From assembly GCA_947628735.1 (NCBI GenBank), contig CANRAY010000003.1, positions 23,028 to 87,027 on the forward strand: a DNA stretch of 64,000 nt. The letters are read 5' to 3'. Position numbers and translations under genes: made by a program. How positions within the stretch are numbered: the first letter of the stretch is position 1; each line of letters starts with the position of its first letter. This DNA comes from an uncultured Clostridia bacterium (GTDB lineage Bacteria; Bacillota; Clostridia; TANB77; CAG-508). Positions 25,037-36,168 of the stretch are shown here, one piece after another. The notes under the pieces were generated by a model, which saw only the letters and a program-made list of their open reading frames with translations, was not told the DNA's origin and did no database searches.

Positions 25037-25846
25037 ATGAATAAACAAGAAATTTTAAATAAATATGAAAATGAAGAAGATAAATTATTAGTTGCTAAGG
25101 TATTAGACAAAATAGAATTCTCACAGAAACGAAACACTGTAGAAAGTACAGAATTTTTAGATATAAGACAAAGAGGAATGTTAGAAAAATTATTACAAGG
25201 ATTAAAATATACAAATTATGAAGTATATGGTGGATATGAAAATTCAGAAAGAACAATGATAATTCTTTATCCAGAAAAATTAGAAACAGTTTTTAATCAA
25301 AAACAATTTGATTATAATAATTTGATACAAATAATTCGAATACAATTACCAAATGAAATGAGAGGCAAATATAATCATAGAGATTATTTAGGAGCAGTTA
25401 TTAAAGTAGGAATTAGGAGAGAAAAAGTAGGAGATATTTTAGTAAGTATTGATGGGGCAGATATGATCGTATGTAAAGACATGGCAGATTATTTGATAAC
25501 AAGTTTATCAGAATTAACAAGATTTAGTAAAAGTAATTTTACGAAAATGAACATAGAAGAAATTTATATAGCACCACAACAAACTGAAATACTAAACATT
25601 ATTATTCCATCAATGAGAGTAGACAGCATTGTTTCAGAACTAATTAAAACATCACGATCAAAAGTAATAGAAATTATCAATCAAGAAAGAGTAATAGTAA
25701 ATTGTGAAGTTGTTATAAAAAACTCAAAAATGTTAAAAGAAAATGATAAAATTACAGTAAGAGGAAAAGGAAAGTTTAAAATAAATAAAATATTAAATAC
25801 TACTAAAAAAGGAAATCTGGTATTAGAAGTTGAAAAATATATATAA
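25037..25846 (+). CDS. ylmH: YlmH/Sll1252 S4-domain RNA-binding protein
   Basis: GGY..SER, HRDYLGA, RREKVGDI, C-terminal S4 (SMRVD...RGKGK). Confidence 0.85.
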   Translation: MNKQEILNKYENEEDKLLVAKVLDKIEFSQKRNTVESTEFLDIRQRGMLEKLLQGLKYTNYEVYGGYENSERTMIILYPEKLETVFNQKQFDYNNLIQIIRIQLPNEMRGKYNHRDYLGAVIKVGIRREKVGDILVSIDGADMIVCKDMADYLITSLSELTRFSKSNFTKMNIEEIYIAPQQTEILNIIIPSMRVDSIVSELIKTSRSKVIEIINQERVIVNCEVVIKNSKMLKENDKITVRGKGKFKINKILNTTKKGNLVLEVEKYI

Positions 25847-26700
25847 TGGAGGAAAAAAATATGGCAACTATTATTAATGGAAAAGAATTAGCACAAAAAA
25901 TAAGAAATGAACTAAAAACAGATGTTGAAAATTTAAGAAATCAAGGAATTGTTCCAAAACTTGCAGTAATTATGGTTGGAGATGATAAAGCATCAGAAAT
26001 ATATGTAAGAAATAAGAGTAGAGCTTGTAATGAATTAGGCATTGAATTTGAAGAATTTTTAGAAGATAAAGACATTACACAAAAAGAATTATTAGATTTA
26101 ATTGATGAACTAAATGAAAGAAAAGACATACATGGAATTTTATTACAAAGCCCAATACCAGAACATTTAAATATTAGAGAAGCTTTTAGTCGTATTAGTG
26201 CCAAAAAAGATGTAGATGGATTTAATCCAATTAATGTAGGAAAATTAGTAATTGGAGAAGATGCATTTGTATCATGTACTCCATATGGTGTAATAAAAAT
26301 GTTAGAAGAATATAACATAGATATAGAAGGAAAAAGAGCAGTAGTAATTGGAAGAAGCAATATTGTAGGCAAACCAGTAGCACAATGTTTATTAAATAAA
26401 AATGCAACAGTAACTATTTGTCATTCAAAAACAAAACACATCCAAGAAATTGTAAAAGAAGCAGACATCATTATTGCAGCAGTTGGAAAACCAAAATTTG
26501 TAACAGAAAATATGGTAAAAGAAGGCGCAGTAGTAATAGATGTAGGAATCAATAGAAATGAAGAAGGAAAGTTAATTGGTGATGTCGACTTTGAAAATGT
26601 AGAAACAAAAGCATCATATATTACACCAGTTCCTGGTGGAGTTGGACCAATGACAGTTGCTATGCTAATGAATAATGTCGTAAAAGCAGCTAAACAGTAG
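25846..26700 (+). CDS. folD: Methylenetetrahydrofolate dehydrogenase/cyclohydrolase
   Basis: KDVDG, GRSNIVGKP, TPVPGGVGPMT. Confidence 0.97.
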   Translation: MEEKNMATIINGKELAQKIRNELKTDVENLRNQGIVPKLAVIMVGDDKASEIYVRNKSRACNELGIEFEEFLEDKDITQKELLDLIDELNERKDIHGILLQSPIPEHLNIREAFSRISAKKDVDGFNPINVGKLVIGEDAFVSCTPYGVIKMLEEYNIDIEGKRAVVIGRSNIVGKPVAQCLLNKNATVTICHSKTKHIQEIVKEADIIIAAVGKPKFVTENMVKEGAVVIDVGINRNEEGKLIGDVDFENVETKASYITPVPGGVGPMTVAMLMNNVVKAAKQ

Positions 26701-26705
26701 AATTA

Positions 26706-26712
26706 TGTCGAA
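26706..26712 (+). promoter_or_regulatory. Candidate Spo0A box upstream of dprA
   Basis: TGTCGAA matches TGNCGAA. Confidence 0.35.
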
Positions 26713-26833
26713 TTTTGTATATGGATTTTTCTTGAAAATTAAAAATAAATATGTTATAAATTGAATAGATTATAAAATTAACTTTTTTCTAAAAAATATT
26801 TCAAATTTATTTTTATTCTAAGAGGAAAATCCC

Positions 26834-27505
26834 ATGTATAAAATTAAAAAAATTAATATAAAAGATCAAGATTATCCTGAGAATCTTTTAAATATTTTTG
26901 ATCCACCTAAAATACTTTATGTAATAGGAAATGAAAAAATTTTAAAAGAAAAATCTATTGCAATGATAGGATGTAGACAATGTAGCGAGTATGGAAAACA
27001 ACAAGCGTATAAGTTTGGTTATCAATTAGCAGAAAAAGGAATAAATATTGTTAGTGGACTTGCAAGGGGAATAGATACATATTCACATACAGGAGTAATT
27101 GCTTGTATAAATAAAGTTGCAGAAAAAGAAAAAATTGGAAAGGCAATAGCTGTAATAGGAAGCGGATTGGATATAATATATCCACCAGAAAATAAAAGAC
27201 TGTATGAAGCAATTTTACAAACTGGAGGAGTAATTATTAGTGAATACCCATTAGGAACTAAACCAGAAAAACATCATTTTCCAAAACGTAATCGTATTAT
27301 TAGTGGATTATCCAGTGGAGTATTAATAATAGAAGCAAAAAAAGTAAGTGGAACACAAATTACAGTAGATTATGCATTAGAACAAGGAAAAGATGTATAT
27401 GCAATACCAGGAGATATTTCAAAAGAAACATCTGTTGGAACAAATGAATTAATAAAAGAAGGAGCAATTCCAATAACTTCTGTTGACGATTTTTGTAATT
27501 TATGA
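26834..27505 (+). CDS. dprA: DNA-processing protein DprA (Rossmann core only)
   Basis: VSGLARGID, YPPEN, FPKRNRIISGL. Confidence 0.92.
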   Translation: MYKIKKINIKDQDYPENLLNIFDPPKILYVIGNEKILKEKSIAMIGCRQCSEYGKQQAYKFGYQLAEKGINIVSGLARGIDTYSHTGVIACINKVAEKEKIGKAIAVIGSGLDIIYPPENKRLYEAILQTGGVIISEYPLGTKPEKHHFPKRNRIISGLSSGVLIIEAKKVSGTQITVDYALEQGKDVYAIPGDISKETSVGTNELIKEGAIPITSVDDFCNL

Positions 27506-27559
27506 CATAATATAGCTGAAAAAATATATAATAAAATGAAATACAAAAGAGGGAGAAAA

Positions 27560-28855
27560 GTGGAATTAACAAAAGCAAAAAAAAGAAATGTAGAATTATT
27601 TGTACGTTATAAAATGTTTTCATGGGATATGTTATTTTACTATGCCATTATTTTCTTGTTTTTTACACAAGTAAAACAAATTTCAGGGGCAGATGTCTTT
27701 CTAGCAGAATCAGCATATCCAATCTTTAAAATTATATTCTTAATACCAGCAACAATTTTGATTGAAAAAATAGGAAAAAGAAAAAGCTTAATAACAGGTA
27801 ATATATTTGTACTTGCATCAATTATTATCTATATTTTTGCTAATAATTTCTATCATATTATATTAGGAGAATTTTGTTCAGCAATTGGTTATATCATAAA
27901 AGGGGTTTGCGAAGCAAATATGCTATATGATTCTCTAGAAAAAGATGAAAAAAGAGGAAGTAGATTTTCAAAAATAGATGGACAAGCTACATCACTTTAT
28001 TACTATATAGATGCAATTTCATCAGTTGCATCTGGATTCTTGTTCGCTATTAATGGATACTTACCTATGATTTTTTGTGCATTAACTTGTTTATTATCAG
28101 TAATACTTTCATTTCAATTTAAAGAAATAGATAATGTACCAGATCTAGAAATAACAGAAGAAGAAAAAAAGGAAAAGACAACGTTAAAAAAAGAATGGAA
28201 GGATCTAAAAAAATCATTAAAGCTTGTTTTTAAATCTTCAAGATTAAAAAATCTCATTTTATTTGGAGCAATATTTTCAGGAATCTTATCAGTATTAACA
28301 ACATTAAGAAGCGGATTATTAAGTGATATAGGTGTACCTTCACAATACTTTGGAATTATATTTGCAGTATTTGGTATTATTTCTGGAATTTCTGCTAAAA
28401 ATCAAAATAAGTTCCATCAAGCATTTAGAAATAGAACACTTAAGAAATTATCAATTCCAGTAGGAATATCATGCATATTAATGGGAGTTATATGTAAATT
28501 TAATATAATTTATACAATGACAATTATAGGATTATTGGTGCTATTTTTAATACAATATGTTGCTAAAGGACCTTTTTATACACTTATTAGGCAATATATG
28601 AATAATTTTACAAACTCAAATATGAGAGTAAAAATATCATCTTCATATAATTTATTAGAAAGTTTATTTAGAGCAATATTCTGTTTTGGAGCATCTTTTC
28701 TATTACGTATAACATCAACAGATAATGTAACTATTATGTTAGGTTGTATATTTACATTAATTCTTGTATTATTATTAGACAATATGAAAGATAAAGTAGG
28801 GCTAAAGCCAGAAGAATATAAAGAAAGTGAAATTAAAATTTTAGAATTAAAATAA
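27560..28855 (+). CDS. MFS transporter
   Basis: About 12 hydrophobic segments, EKIGKRKS motif A; probable GTG start at 27560 after AGAGGGAG. Confidence 0.8.
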   Translation: MELTKAKKRNVELFVRYKMFSWDMLFYYAIIFLFFTQVKQISGADVFLAESAYPIFKIIFLIPATILIEKIGKRKSLITGNIFVLASIIIYIFANNFYHIILGEFCSAIGYIIKGVCEANMLYDSLEKDEKRGSRFSKIDGQATSLYYYIDAISSVASGFLFAINGYLPMIFCALTCLLSVILSFQFKEIDNVPDLEITEEEKKEKTTLKKEWKDLKKSLKLVFKSSRLKNLILFGAIFSGILSVLTTLRSGLLSDIGVPSQYFGIIFAVFGIISGISAKNQNKFHQAFRNRTLKKLSIPVGISCILMGVICKFNIIYTMTIIGLLVLFLIQYVAKGPFYTLIRQYMNNFTNSNMRVKISSSYNLLESLFRAIFCFGASFLLRITSTDNVTIMLGCIFTLILVLLLDNMKDKVGLKPEEYKESEIKILELK

Positions 28856-28987
28856 ATTCATTTATAAGAATATTGACATCTAAAAATATTATTTATAAAA
28901 TGAATAAGAACAAAAAGAAGAAAAAGAAAAATACAGAAGCAAAAGTGGCATTATAATCTCAATAATGCCAAGAAGGAGGATTTTTTC

Positions 28988-31552
28988 ATGTATGTATTTA
29001 ACAAAATTACGGTTAATCCACAATTACCCAAAAGGATTAATAGATTGAGTGATATTGCTAATAATTTATGGTGGTCTTGGAATACAAATTTCTTAAGACT
29101 ATTCAAAGAAATAGATATAGATTTATGGGAAAAAGTAGAAAAAAACCCTGTGAAATTTTTAAAACTAGTCTCACAAGAAAAACTAGAACAGGCTTGTGAA
29201 AATCAAGATTTATTGAAAAAATATGATAAATATGTGGATGATTTTGATAATTATATGAAAAGTAAAAATACATGGTTTAGAAAAAATTATCCAGATAATA
29301 CAAATGATTTAATTGCATATTTTTCAGCAGAATATGGAATAGATCAAACAATACCAATTTATTCAGGAGGATTAGGAATTCTATCAGGAGATCATCTAAA
29401 ATCTGCTAGTGATTTAGGTATTCCTTTAGTAGCAGTAGGATTATTGTATAAAAATGGATATTTTCATCAATTAATAAATGGAAATGGGGTACAAGAAACA
29501 GAATATACAGATATTAATATAGACATGTTACCAATTTTACCAGTAAAAGATGTAGAGGGAAAAGACCTAATTATTTCTGTAGATTTACCAAAAAAGAAAT
29601 TATACATTAAAGTATGGGAAATTAAAGTAGGAAGAGTTTCTTTATATCTAATGGATTCAGACATAGATGCTAATATTGCAGAATATAGAAATATCACAAA
29701 AACACTATATGGTGGAGATAGAGAAATGCGTATTTCTCAAGAAATAGTATTAGGTATGGCAGGAGTAGAATTACTAAAAAGCTTGGGACTAAAGCCAACT
29801 GTATACCATATGAATGAAGGACATTCATCTTTCCTAATCTTAAAATTGATTGAAAATATAATAAAAGAAAAACAAGTATCTTTCCAAATAGCAAGGGATA
29901 TTGTAAGTTCTAAAACAGTATTTACAACACATACACCAGTACCAGCAGGAAACGATATTTTCACAATTGAGCTAATTGAAAAATACTTCAAAAATTATTG
30001 GGAAAAACTAGGAATCACAAAACAAGAATTCTTTAAAATGGGAATGGCACCAAATGATAGTTTAGACAGTGGATTTGATATGGGAGTATTAGCACTAAAA
30101 GTAGCAGGTAAAAAGAATGGTGTTAGTAAATTACATGGAGCAGTATCAAGAGAATTATTTGGAGATGTTTGGCCAGAAATTTCTGCAAATGAATCACCAA
30201 TAGGATACATTACAAATGGAATTCACACATGTTCTTGGCTTGCAGCTAACTTGAAAAAATTATATAATGATTATTTAATGCCATATTGGCAAGACAATAT
30301 TCAAGATGATAGTGTATGGAATCGTATTAACAACATTCCAGATGAAAAATTATGGAATGCTCATATGGAAAGAAAAATCAAGTTAATAGATTTCGTAAAG
30401 AAAAGTACAGTACAAAGATTACATCGTTATGGATATAAATATGAAGAAATTAATAAAATTACATCAAAGCTAGATCCAAATGCTTTAACAATAGGATTTG
30501 CAAGAAGATTTGCAACATATAAAAGAGCAACATTAATTTTCAAAGACTTAGAAAGAATTACACAAATTTTTAGTGATGCAAATAGACCAATTCAAATTAT
30601 ATTTGCAGGAAAAGCACATCCAGCAGATAAAGAAGGTCAAGACTTAATTAAATATATCCATGAGATTTCTATGAAACCACAATTCAAAGGAAAAATATTC
30701 TTACTAGAAAATTATAATATAGCTATGTCACGTTATTTAATTAGCGGTGTAGATGTATGGCTTAACACGCCAAGACGTCCTATGGAAGCATCTGGTACAA
30801 GTGGACAAAAAGCATCTGTAAATGGTGTTATTAATTTTAGTGTATTAGATGGATGGTGGGCAGAAGGATATAATTCAAAGAATGGATGGATTATAGGAAC
30901 AAATGCAGATTATGATAATTATGAAGAACAAGATCTAGCAGACAGTAATAGTATTTATACAACATTAGAAAACAAAATAATACCAATTTATTATAATCGT
31001 GATAAAGGAAAATATTCATCTAAATGGGTTCAAATAATGAAAAATTCTATTATATCTACAGGAGGAAAATTCAGTACATCAAGAATGGTAGAAGATTATG
31101 TAAGACAAATGTATATTCCACTATGTAACTTATATAACACATACTATACAAATCTTGAGAAAGTAACAGAATATAATTCATGGAGAAATGAATTAATAAA
31201 CAATTGGGATGATATAAAAATTACACAAGAAAATAACTTAAATAATATCACAATAGATGCAGGAAATAATATAGATGTAAGATGTAAAGTATATCTACCA
31301 AATATATCAAATGAACACATTGAAGCACAAGTATACTATGGAAAAATTGATGAAAATGGAGTAGTAGGAGATATAACTATTATTCCAATGAAAATAGTAG
31401 AAGAAAATAAGGAAAAGAAAGAATACACATATGAAGCCAAAGTACAATTAGTAAATGGTGGAAATTATGGATATACATTTAGAGTAATGCCAAAACATGA
31501 AATGATATTAGATAGTGCAAACTTAAATTTAGTAAAATGGATTACAGATTAA
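28988..31552 (+). CDS. glgP: Alpha-glucan (glycogen) phosphorylase
   Basis: YSGGLGILSGD, NEGH, ARRFATYKR, EASGTSGQK. Confidence 0.95.
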   Translation: MYVFNKITVNPQLPKRINRLSDIANNLWWSWNTNFLRLFKEIDIDLWEKVEKNPVKFLKLVSQEKLEQACENQDLLKKYDKYVDDFDNYMKSKNTWFRKNYPDNTNDLIAYFSAEYGIDQTIPIYSGGLGILSGDHLKSASDLGIPLVAVGLLYKNGYFHQLINGNGVQETEYTDINIDMLPILPVKDVEGKDLIISVDLPKKKLYIKVWEIKVGRVSLYLMDSDIDANIAEYRNITKTLYGGDREMRISQEIVLGMAGVELLKSLGLKPTVYHMNEGHSSFLILKLIENIIKEKQVSFQIARDIVSSKTVFTTHTPVPAGNDIFTIELIEKYFKNYWEKLGITKQEFFKMGMAPNDSLDSGFDMGVLALKVAGKKNGVSKLHGAVSRELFGDVWPEISANESPIGYITNGIHTCSWLAANLKKLYNDYLMPYWQDNIQDDSVWNRINNIPDEKLWNAHMERKIKLIDFVKKSTVQRLHRYGYKYEEINKITSKLDPNALTIGFARRFATYKRATLIFKDLERITQIFSDANRPIQIIFAGKAHPADKEGQDLIKYIHEISMKPQFKGKIFLLENYNIAMSRYLISGVDVWLNTPRRPMEASGTSGQKASVNGVINFSVLDGWWAEGYNSKNGWIIGTNADYDNYEEQDLADSNSIYTTLENKIIPIYYNRDKGKYSSKWVQIMKNSIISTGGKFSTSRMVEDYVRQMYIPLCNLYNTYYTNLEKVTEYNSWRNELINNWDDIKITQENNLNNITIDAGNNIDVRCKVYLPNISNEHIEAQVYYGKIDENGVVGDITIIPMKIVEENKEKKEYTYEAKVQLVNGGNYGYTFRVMPKHEMILDSANLNLVKWITD

Positions 31553-31554
31553 AA

Positions 31555-31598
31555 TAAAAAATAGTAATTGAGATAAAACTCAATTACTATTTTTTATT
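31555..31598. terminator. Bidirectional terminator
   Basis: AAAAAATAGTAATTGAG...CTCAATTACTATTTTTT. Confidence 0.8.
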
Positions 31599-33189
31599 AA
31601 TAATAAATCATATAATCTATATCAGGAAATATACAATCTTTTTCTTCAACATCTTTTAGAAATTCTTCGTCAATATTATCATCTTTTAATTGATAATAAA
31701 ATTTAGTAAAACGCCCAATATGATCTTTAATACGTTTTTTAGCATAATCAACCATTGTACCATTTGTAATAATAAAAAGCCAATCGCTGCTTTGAGCTAA
31801 CAACAATTCACGTGCACATTGATTCAAAACACGTCTTTGAATAGAATCTTTATCAGCATTAGGGAAAATGTGAGAAAGTTCAACCATTCTATCACCAGCA
31901 ACATGTAAATGTCTATGAACATAATCATTTGTTTGATTTAACCAAACTTCACTATATCCATTAGCACCCCAACTAGAACGACAAGGTGTTGCTACTTGCA
32001 TTAAAGGATATTTATCTATATATTCACTAGGTGTAATTAATTTAAAATTACATTTATCATAGTAAATTTTCTTAAATAATACATATAACCAATAAGGACC
32101 TTCATACCACCAATGCCCATATAATTCAGCATCATAAGGACAAAGAATAATAGGAGGATTGCCAGTAATAGGAGCAAGAAAATTAATTTGCTTTTCTCTA
32201 CTATCAAAGAAATGTCCAGCCTGTCTTTCAGCAGAATCTTTAGCCCATTGAACATCATATAAATCTTTATCACAATCTTTACCAGTAATACGATGATATT
32301 TAATACCAGTATTAACACGTGCACCATTTGAAGCTATATATGGTTTTATATATTCGTAATCAGCATCATAACCGATATCACGATAAAATTCACGATAATT
32401 GAAATCTCCTGGATAACCATTAATAGAGCTCCACACTTGTCTAGAAGATTCAATGTCACGTCCAAATGCAATAACTCCTTCTGGAGACACAATAGGTGCA
32501 AAAGTACCATAAATAGGGGTAGGGTTTGCATATAAAATACCATGAGATTCTGTAATAATATAATCAATACCAAATTCTTTCAAATATTTATCAGCTTCAG
32601 GAACATAACCACACTCAGGAAGCCAAATTCCACGAGGTTTACGACCAAAATATTTTTCATAAGTTTGTACACCAACAGCAATTTGTGCTTTTACAGTATT
32701 TTCATTTATATACAAAATAGGAAAATAACCATGCGTTGCTCCACAAGTAATAATTTCTAAAACACCAATATCTTGGAAATGTTTAAATCCTTGAATTAAA
32801 TTACATTTATAAATATCCTTAAAAACATGTAAATCATTAGTATATCTATCTAAATAATAATGAGATAATCTATTTAAACGTTCATTGTCCTTTGTACGAA
32901 TAACTTCTTTTTCACAAAGCTCAATATGCTTTTTTACATATTTAATATAACGTTCTTGTAATAACTTATTATCAAGCATATTAAGAAGAGGGGGTGTAAG
33001 TGACATTGTAATACGAAAGTCAACTTTTTCCTCCTCTAATTTTTGAAAATTTAAAAGAAGTGGTATATATGTTTCAGAAATGGCTTCATAAAGCCATTGT
33101 TCTTCTAAATAATCTTCACTTTCTGGATGATGAATGAAAGGTAAGTGTGCATGTAACACAAAACTTACATATCCTTTTTCTTTTGCCAT
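31597..33189 (-). CDS. GH57 1,4-alpha-glucan branching enzyme (DUF1957)
   Basis: HAHLP, WLPEC, DAELYGHWW, AQSSDW. Confidence 0.9.
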   Translation of the reverse strand: MAKEKGYVSFVLHAHLPFIHHPESEDYLEEQWLYEAISETYIPLLLNFQKLEEEKVDFRITMSLTPPLLNMLDNKLLQERYIKYVKKHIELCEKEVIRTKDNERLNRLSHYYLDRYTNDLHVFKDIYKCNLIQGFKHFQDIGVLEIITCGATHGYFPILYINENTVKAQIAVGVQTYEKYFGRKPRGIWLPECGYVPEADKYLKEFGIDYIITESHGILYANPTPIYGTFAPIVSPEGVIAFGRDIESSRQVWSSINGYPGDFNYREFYRDIGYDADYEYIKPYIASNGARVNTGIKYHRITGKDCDKDLYDVQWAKDSAERQAGHFFDSREKQINFLAPITGNPPIILCPYDAELYGHWWYEGPYWLYVLFKKIYYDKCNFKLITPSEYIDKYPLMQVATPCRSSWGANGYSEVWLNQTNDYVHRHLHVAGDRMVELSHIFPNADKDSIQRRVLNQCARELLLAQSSDWLFIITNGTMVDYAKKRIKDHIGRFTKFYYQLKDDNIDEEFLKDVEEKDCIFPDIDYMIYY

Positions 33190-33227
33190 TTCTTTGCTCC
33201 TTTGATTTGAAATAAAATACGAAAATC

Positions 33228-34496
33228 CTATTTAAAAGTAGGACTGCTACTAGATGAAGGTAAATTTAATCCAAATCCATCAGAAATAAGTTCGTCCTTA
33301 TATAATTCTTTATATAAATCATAAATACTATAAATTCTACCAAGATTTCGTAAATAAGAAAGAGAAGAGATACTTCTTTCTTCTATAAAATTTGTTTTTA
33401 CATTTCTGAAAAATACACTTTTACCCAATTGATCAAATAAAATATGATCATTAGGTGCCTCGATAGTATTAGAAGATATAACATATAAGTATTCATTTAT
33501 ATAGTAAGGTTGTGTATCAGAAGAACTAGAATCTGAATTATATTTAAATCTTCTACCAAGTTCAACATGATAATCACAATTAGGATCATTAATTGGTAAG
33601 TACCAACTATTAGCAAAATCATTAATTTCAATCTCAAAAGTATAATTCATAGTTTTATTTTCTATAATTAAAACTGGTCTAGTAATTTCAAAGAAGTTGT
33701 CACCATATTTTTTCTCAAAAGCTTTTCTATCAGTATCTGAAATATCCCAATAAATAAATAACATATTAGGTGTTTGAGCTAAAATTTTAACAACGGTTTG
33801 ATTATATCGGAAAGGCAAATCATAATATTCAATAGTAGTGGCAATAGGCTCTATAACTTTTTTAACTGAAGTCTTTTTAGAAGAGTTCTTTTTTGCAGTA
33901 GATTTTTTTGTAGTAGTTGTTTTAGTAGAAGACTTCTTTGAAGTAGACTTTTTAGTAGTAGTTTTCTTAGCAGTAGCTTTTTTTGCTGTTTCTTTTTTAT
34001 CAGCAGTCTTTTTTGGTGCTACTTTTTCAGTAGAAGCTTTAGAAGTAGAACTTGCCTTTTTAGTAGCTGATTTCTTAGAAGGTACTTTCTTTGGAGTTTC
34101 TTCCTTTGCAGTACTTTTCTTTGCACTTGCTTTAGTTGAATCTGCTTTTTTTACAGTTGATTTTGTAGCCACTTTTTTAGTTGCCTTCTTAGCTGAAACA
34201 GAAGAACTTTTCTTAGTAGTAGCTTGTTTTACAAGTGTTTCTGCAACAACTTTTACTTTCTCAGCAACTTTTTGAAAGGTAGTTTTATTATCAGCTTCAG
34301 AAACAGATTTTTTTGAAGTTGTCTTAGAAACTGCTTTTTTAGGAGATTTAGTAACTGCTTTTGTTTCATTTTTACTAGTAGATTTTCCAATACTTTTTTT
34401 ATCATTTTTTATTGTTGATTTTTTTCTAGAAGTACTAGATTTAGCAACTTTTTTTGTATTTAGTTCTTCTTTTTTTTCTTTTGCGTTTTTAGGCAT
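33228..34496 (-). CDS. DUF4912 protein with long Lys/Ser/Thr/Ala-rich N-terminal region
   Basis: LP.RY...QTP..LFIYWD...WY C-terminal domain; KKxTxKK repeats. Confidence 0.8.
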   Translation of the reverse strand: MPKNAKEKKEELNTKKVAKSSTSRKKSTIKNDKKSIGKSTSKNETKAVTKSPKKAVSKTTSKKSVSEADNKTTFQKVAEKVKVVAETLVKQATTKKSSSVSAKKATKKVATKSTVKKADSTKASAKKSTAKEETPKKVPSKKSATKKASSTSKASTEKVAPKKTADKKETAKKATAKKTTTKKSTSKKSSTKTTTTKKSTAKKNSSKKTSVKKVIEPIATTIEYYDLPFRYNQTVVKILAQTPNMLFIYWDISDTDRKAFEKKYGDNFFEITRPVLIIENKTMNYTFEIEINDFANSWYLPINDPNCDYHVELGRRFKYNSDSSSSDTQPYYINEYLYVISSNTIEAPNDHILFDQLGKSVFFRNVKTNFIEERSISSLSYLRNLGRIYSIYDLYKELYKDELISDGFGLNLPSSSSSPTFK

Positions 34497-34732
34497 TTTG
34501 TCCTCCGATTCTCATTTACAATTATTTCTTTTATATCATATATCAAAGCATAAATAAATTCAAGAGAAAAAGACAATAAATTACAAATTTTTCAAATCAA
34601 TCAAGCAACATAAGTCAGGAAAAGACTTAGAAAAAAACAAAATAAAAAATGAGAATTGACAAAGAAAACTTTTATTGATATAAGTAATAAAAATATAAAA
34701 GATTGTAATAAAAATAATGGAAGGAAACAAAA

Positions 34733-36007
34733 ATGGAATCAATAAAAACTCGACTACAACAATATACAAAAAATAATAAACAAAAATTAAAAGATGTACT
34801 CTACATAGCAATTTATACTGTAATTATTATTAGTATATTAACTACAATTGCATATGTAATTACAACTAAAACAAATTTATATAGTAATGAACTAGAATTT
34901 AGATGGGATACAATTCTATCATATGATGATATTTTATACTCAAGAAATGCATATACAGATAATCTTCCATATGAAAATACAATAGCAACAATTGTAAAAC
35001 ATCCACTTATGAGATTATTTGGAGGAATAGTTACATCAATAGATAATAATTTATTCCAAAACGAAAATATGGGACCTAGTGATCATTACTTTCACGTTGT
35101 TATTGTACAAATTATTATTAATGCTATTGGATTAATATATTTATATAAAATTCTAAGAGAACAATATAAATTACATAATGGTTGGTGCTTTTTATTACTA
35201 ACAATGTATGAAATAGCGACAGTAACAGTACTTAGTACACTATTAATTGAAACATTTATTATTAGCGGAACACTGCTTATCATAAGTTATTATTACCTTA
35301 ATAAACAAAAATTGATTCCGTCTATTATATTAGGAATTCTTGTGACAGGAATGTGTACAACCAATAGTGTAGCCTTTGGATTAATGGCGATATTTTTACT
35401 AAAAAATAAAAAAGATATATTTAAAGTAGGATTTGGATGTGCCTTTGGAATATTAGCAGTAGCATTTTTACTACCATACAGAGATATATTGTTCCAAAAT
35501 TTCTTTAGCTTAAGCTTTGGAGATGCAGTAATGTACTCACAGCCACAAACAGCTGTATCAACTGCAAAAATGATATTCTTTAATTTATTAGCATCACCAT
35601 TATTTTTCATAAATCAAGTACATGGTCAGGCAAATGGGCTAGATTATGTTAGATTTGAATTAGCGTCTAATCCATTTGTATTTGTAGCAACAATTGTATT
35701 CTTTGGATGGATTATATATAACATAATAAAAAATATAAAAGATAAACAATTAGCAGGAGCATTAGCATTATTAGTTTTTAATATGGAATTACATGGAAGT
35801 ATTAAATTTGGATTATATGAAGGAACGATTTATGGTTTGCATTTCTTATTTGCAGAAATTTTATTATTCGCATTTGGATTTAAAATACAAAACAAAAAAG
35901 TAAAAATTGCTTTCATTACATGTGCAATACTAATATTAATAATTCAACTAGTATGCAATATACAAGGATTAGCAAATATTTATCCATACCTTGGAAATTG
36001 GAAATAA
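34733..36007 (+). CDS. Polytopic membrane protein (possible GT-C fold)
   Basis: About 11 hydrophobic segments, loop YDD...KHPL after TM1. Confidence 0.55.
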   Translation: MESIKTRLQQYTKNNKQKLKDVLYIAIYTVIIISILTTIAYVITTKTNLYSNELEFRWDTILSYDDILYSRNAYTDNLPYENTIATIVKHPLMRLFGGIVTSIDNNLFQNENMGPSDHYFHVVIVQIIINAIGLIYLYKILREQYKLHNGWCFLLLTMYEIATVTVLSTLLIETFIISGTLLIISYYYLNKQKLIPSIILGILVTGMCTTNSVAFGLMAIFLLKNKKDIFKVGFGCAFGILAVAFLLPYRDILFQNFFSLSFGDAVMYSQPQTAVSTAKMIFFNLLASPLFFINQVHGQANGLDYVRFELASNPFVFVATIVFFGWIIYNIIKNIKDKQLAGALALLVFNMELHGSIKFGLYEGTIYGLHFLFAEILLFAFGFKIQNKKVKIAFITCAILILIIQLVCNIQGLANIYPYLGNWK

Positions 36008-36085
36008 ATTAAAGTGTATAACAGAATTGCTTTAAATATCTTGATTTTCTAAAATAGCTGTGATATAATAGGCAAAGTTAAAAAA

Positions 36086-36143
36086 TTGACCTTATACTTA
36101 GCTAAAGGATAAACACACCCACTTTAAGCTCAGTTTAAGGCAA
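36086..36143 (+). promoter_or_regulatory. Candidate S15 autoregulatory leader
   Basis: Hairpin CCTTA.ACT.AGCT...AGCT.AGT.TAAGG immediately upstream of the rpsO SD. Confidence 0.55.
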
Positions 36144-36168
36144 ATAAAATATAGGAGGTGCTTATAAC

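Noticed and set aside
33838-34275. Hydrophobic 145-aa + strand ORF, and similar antisense ORFs throughout the track
   Set aside because: Shadows of Lys-rich or conserved genes on the opposite strand; no SD or recognisable motifs
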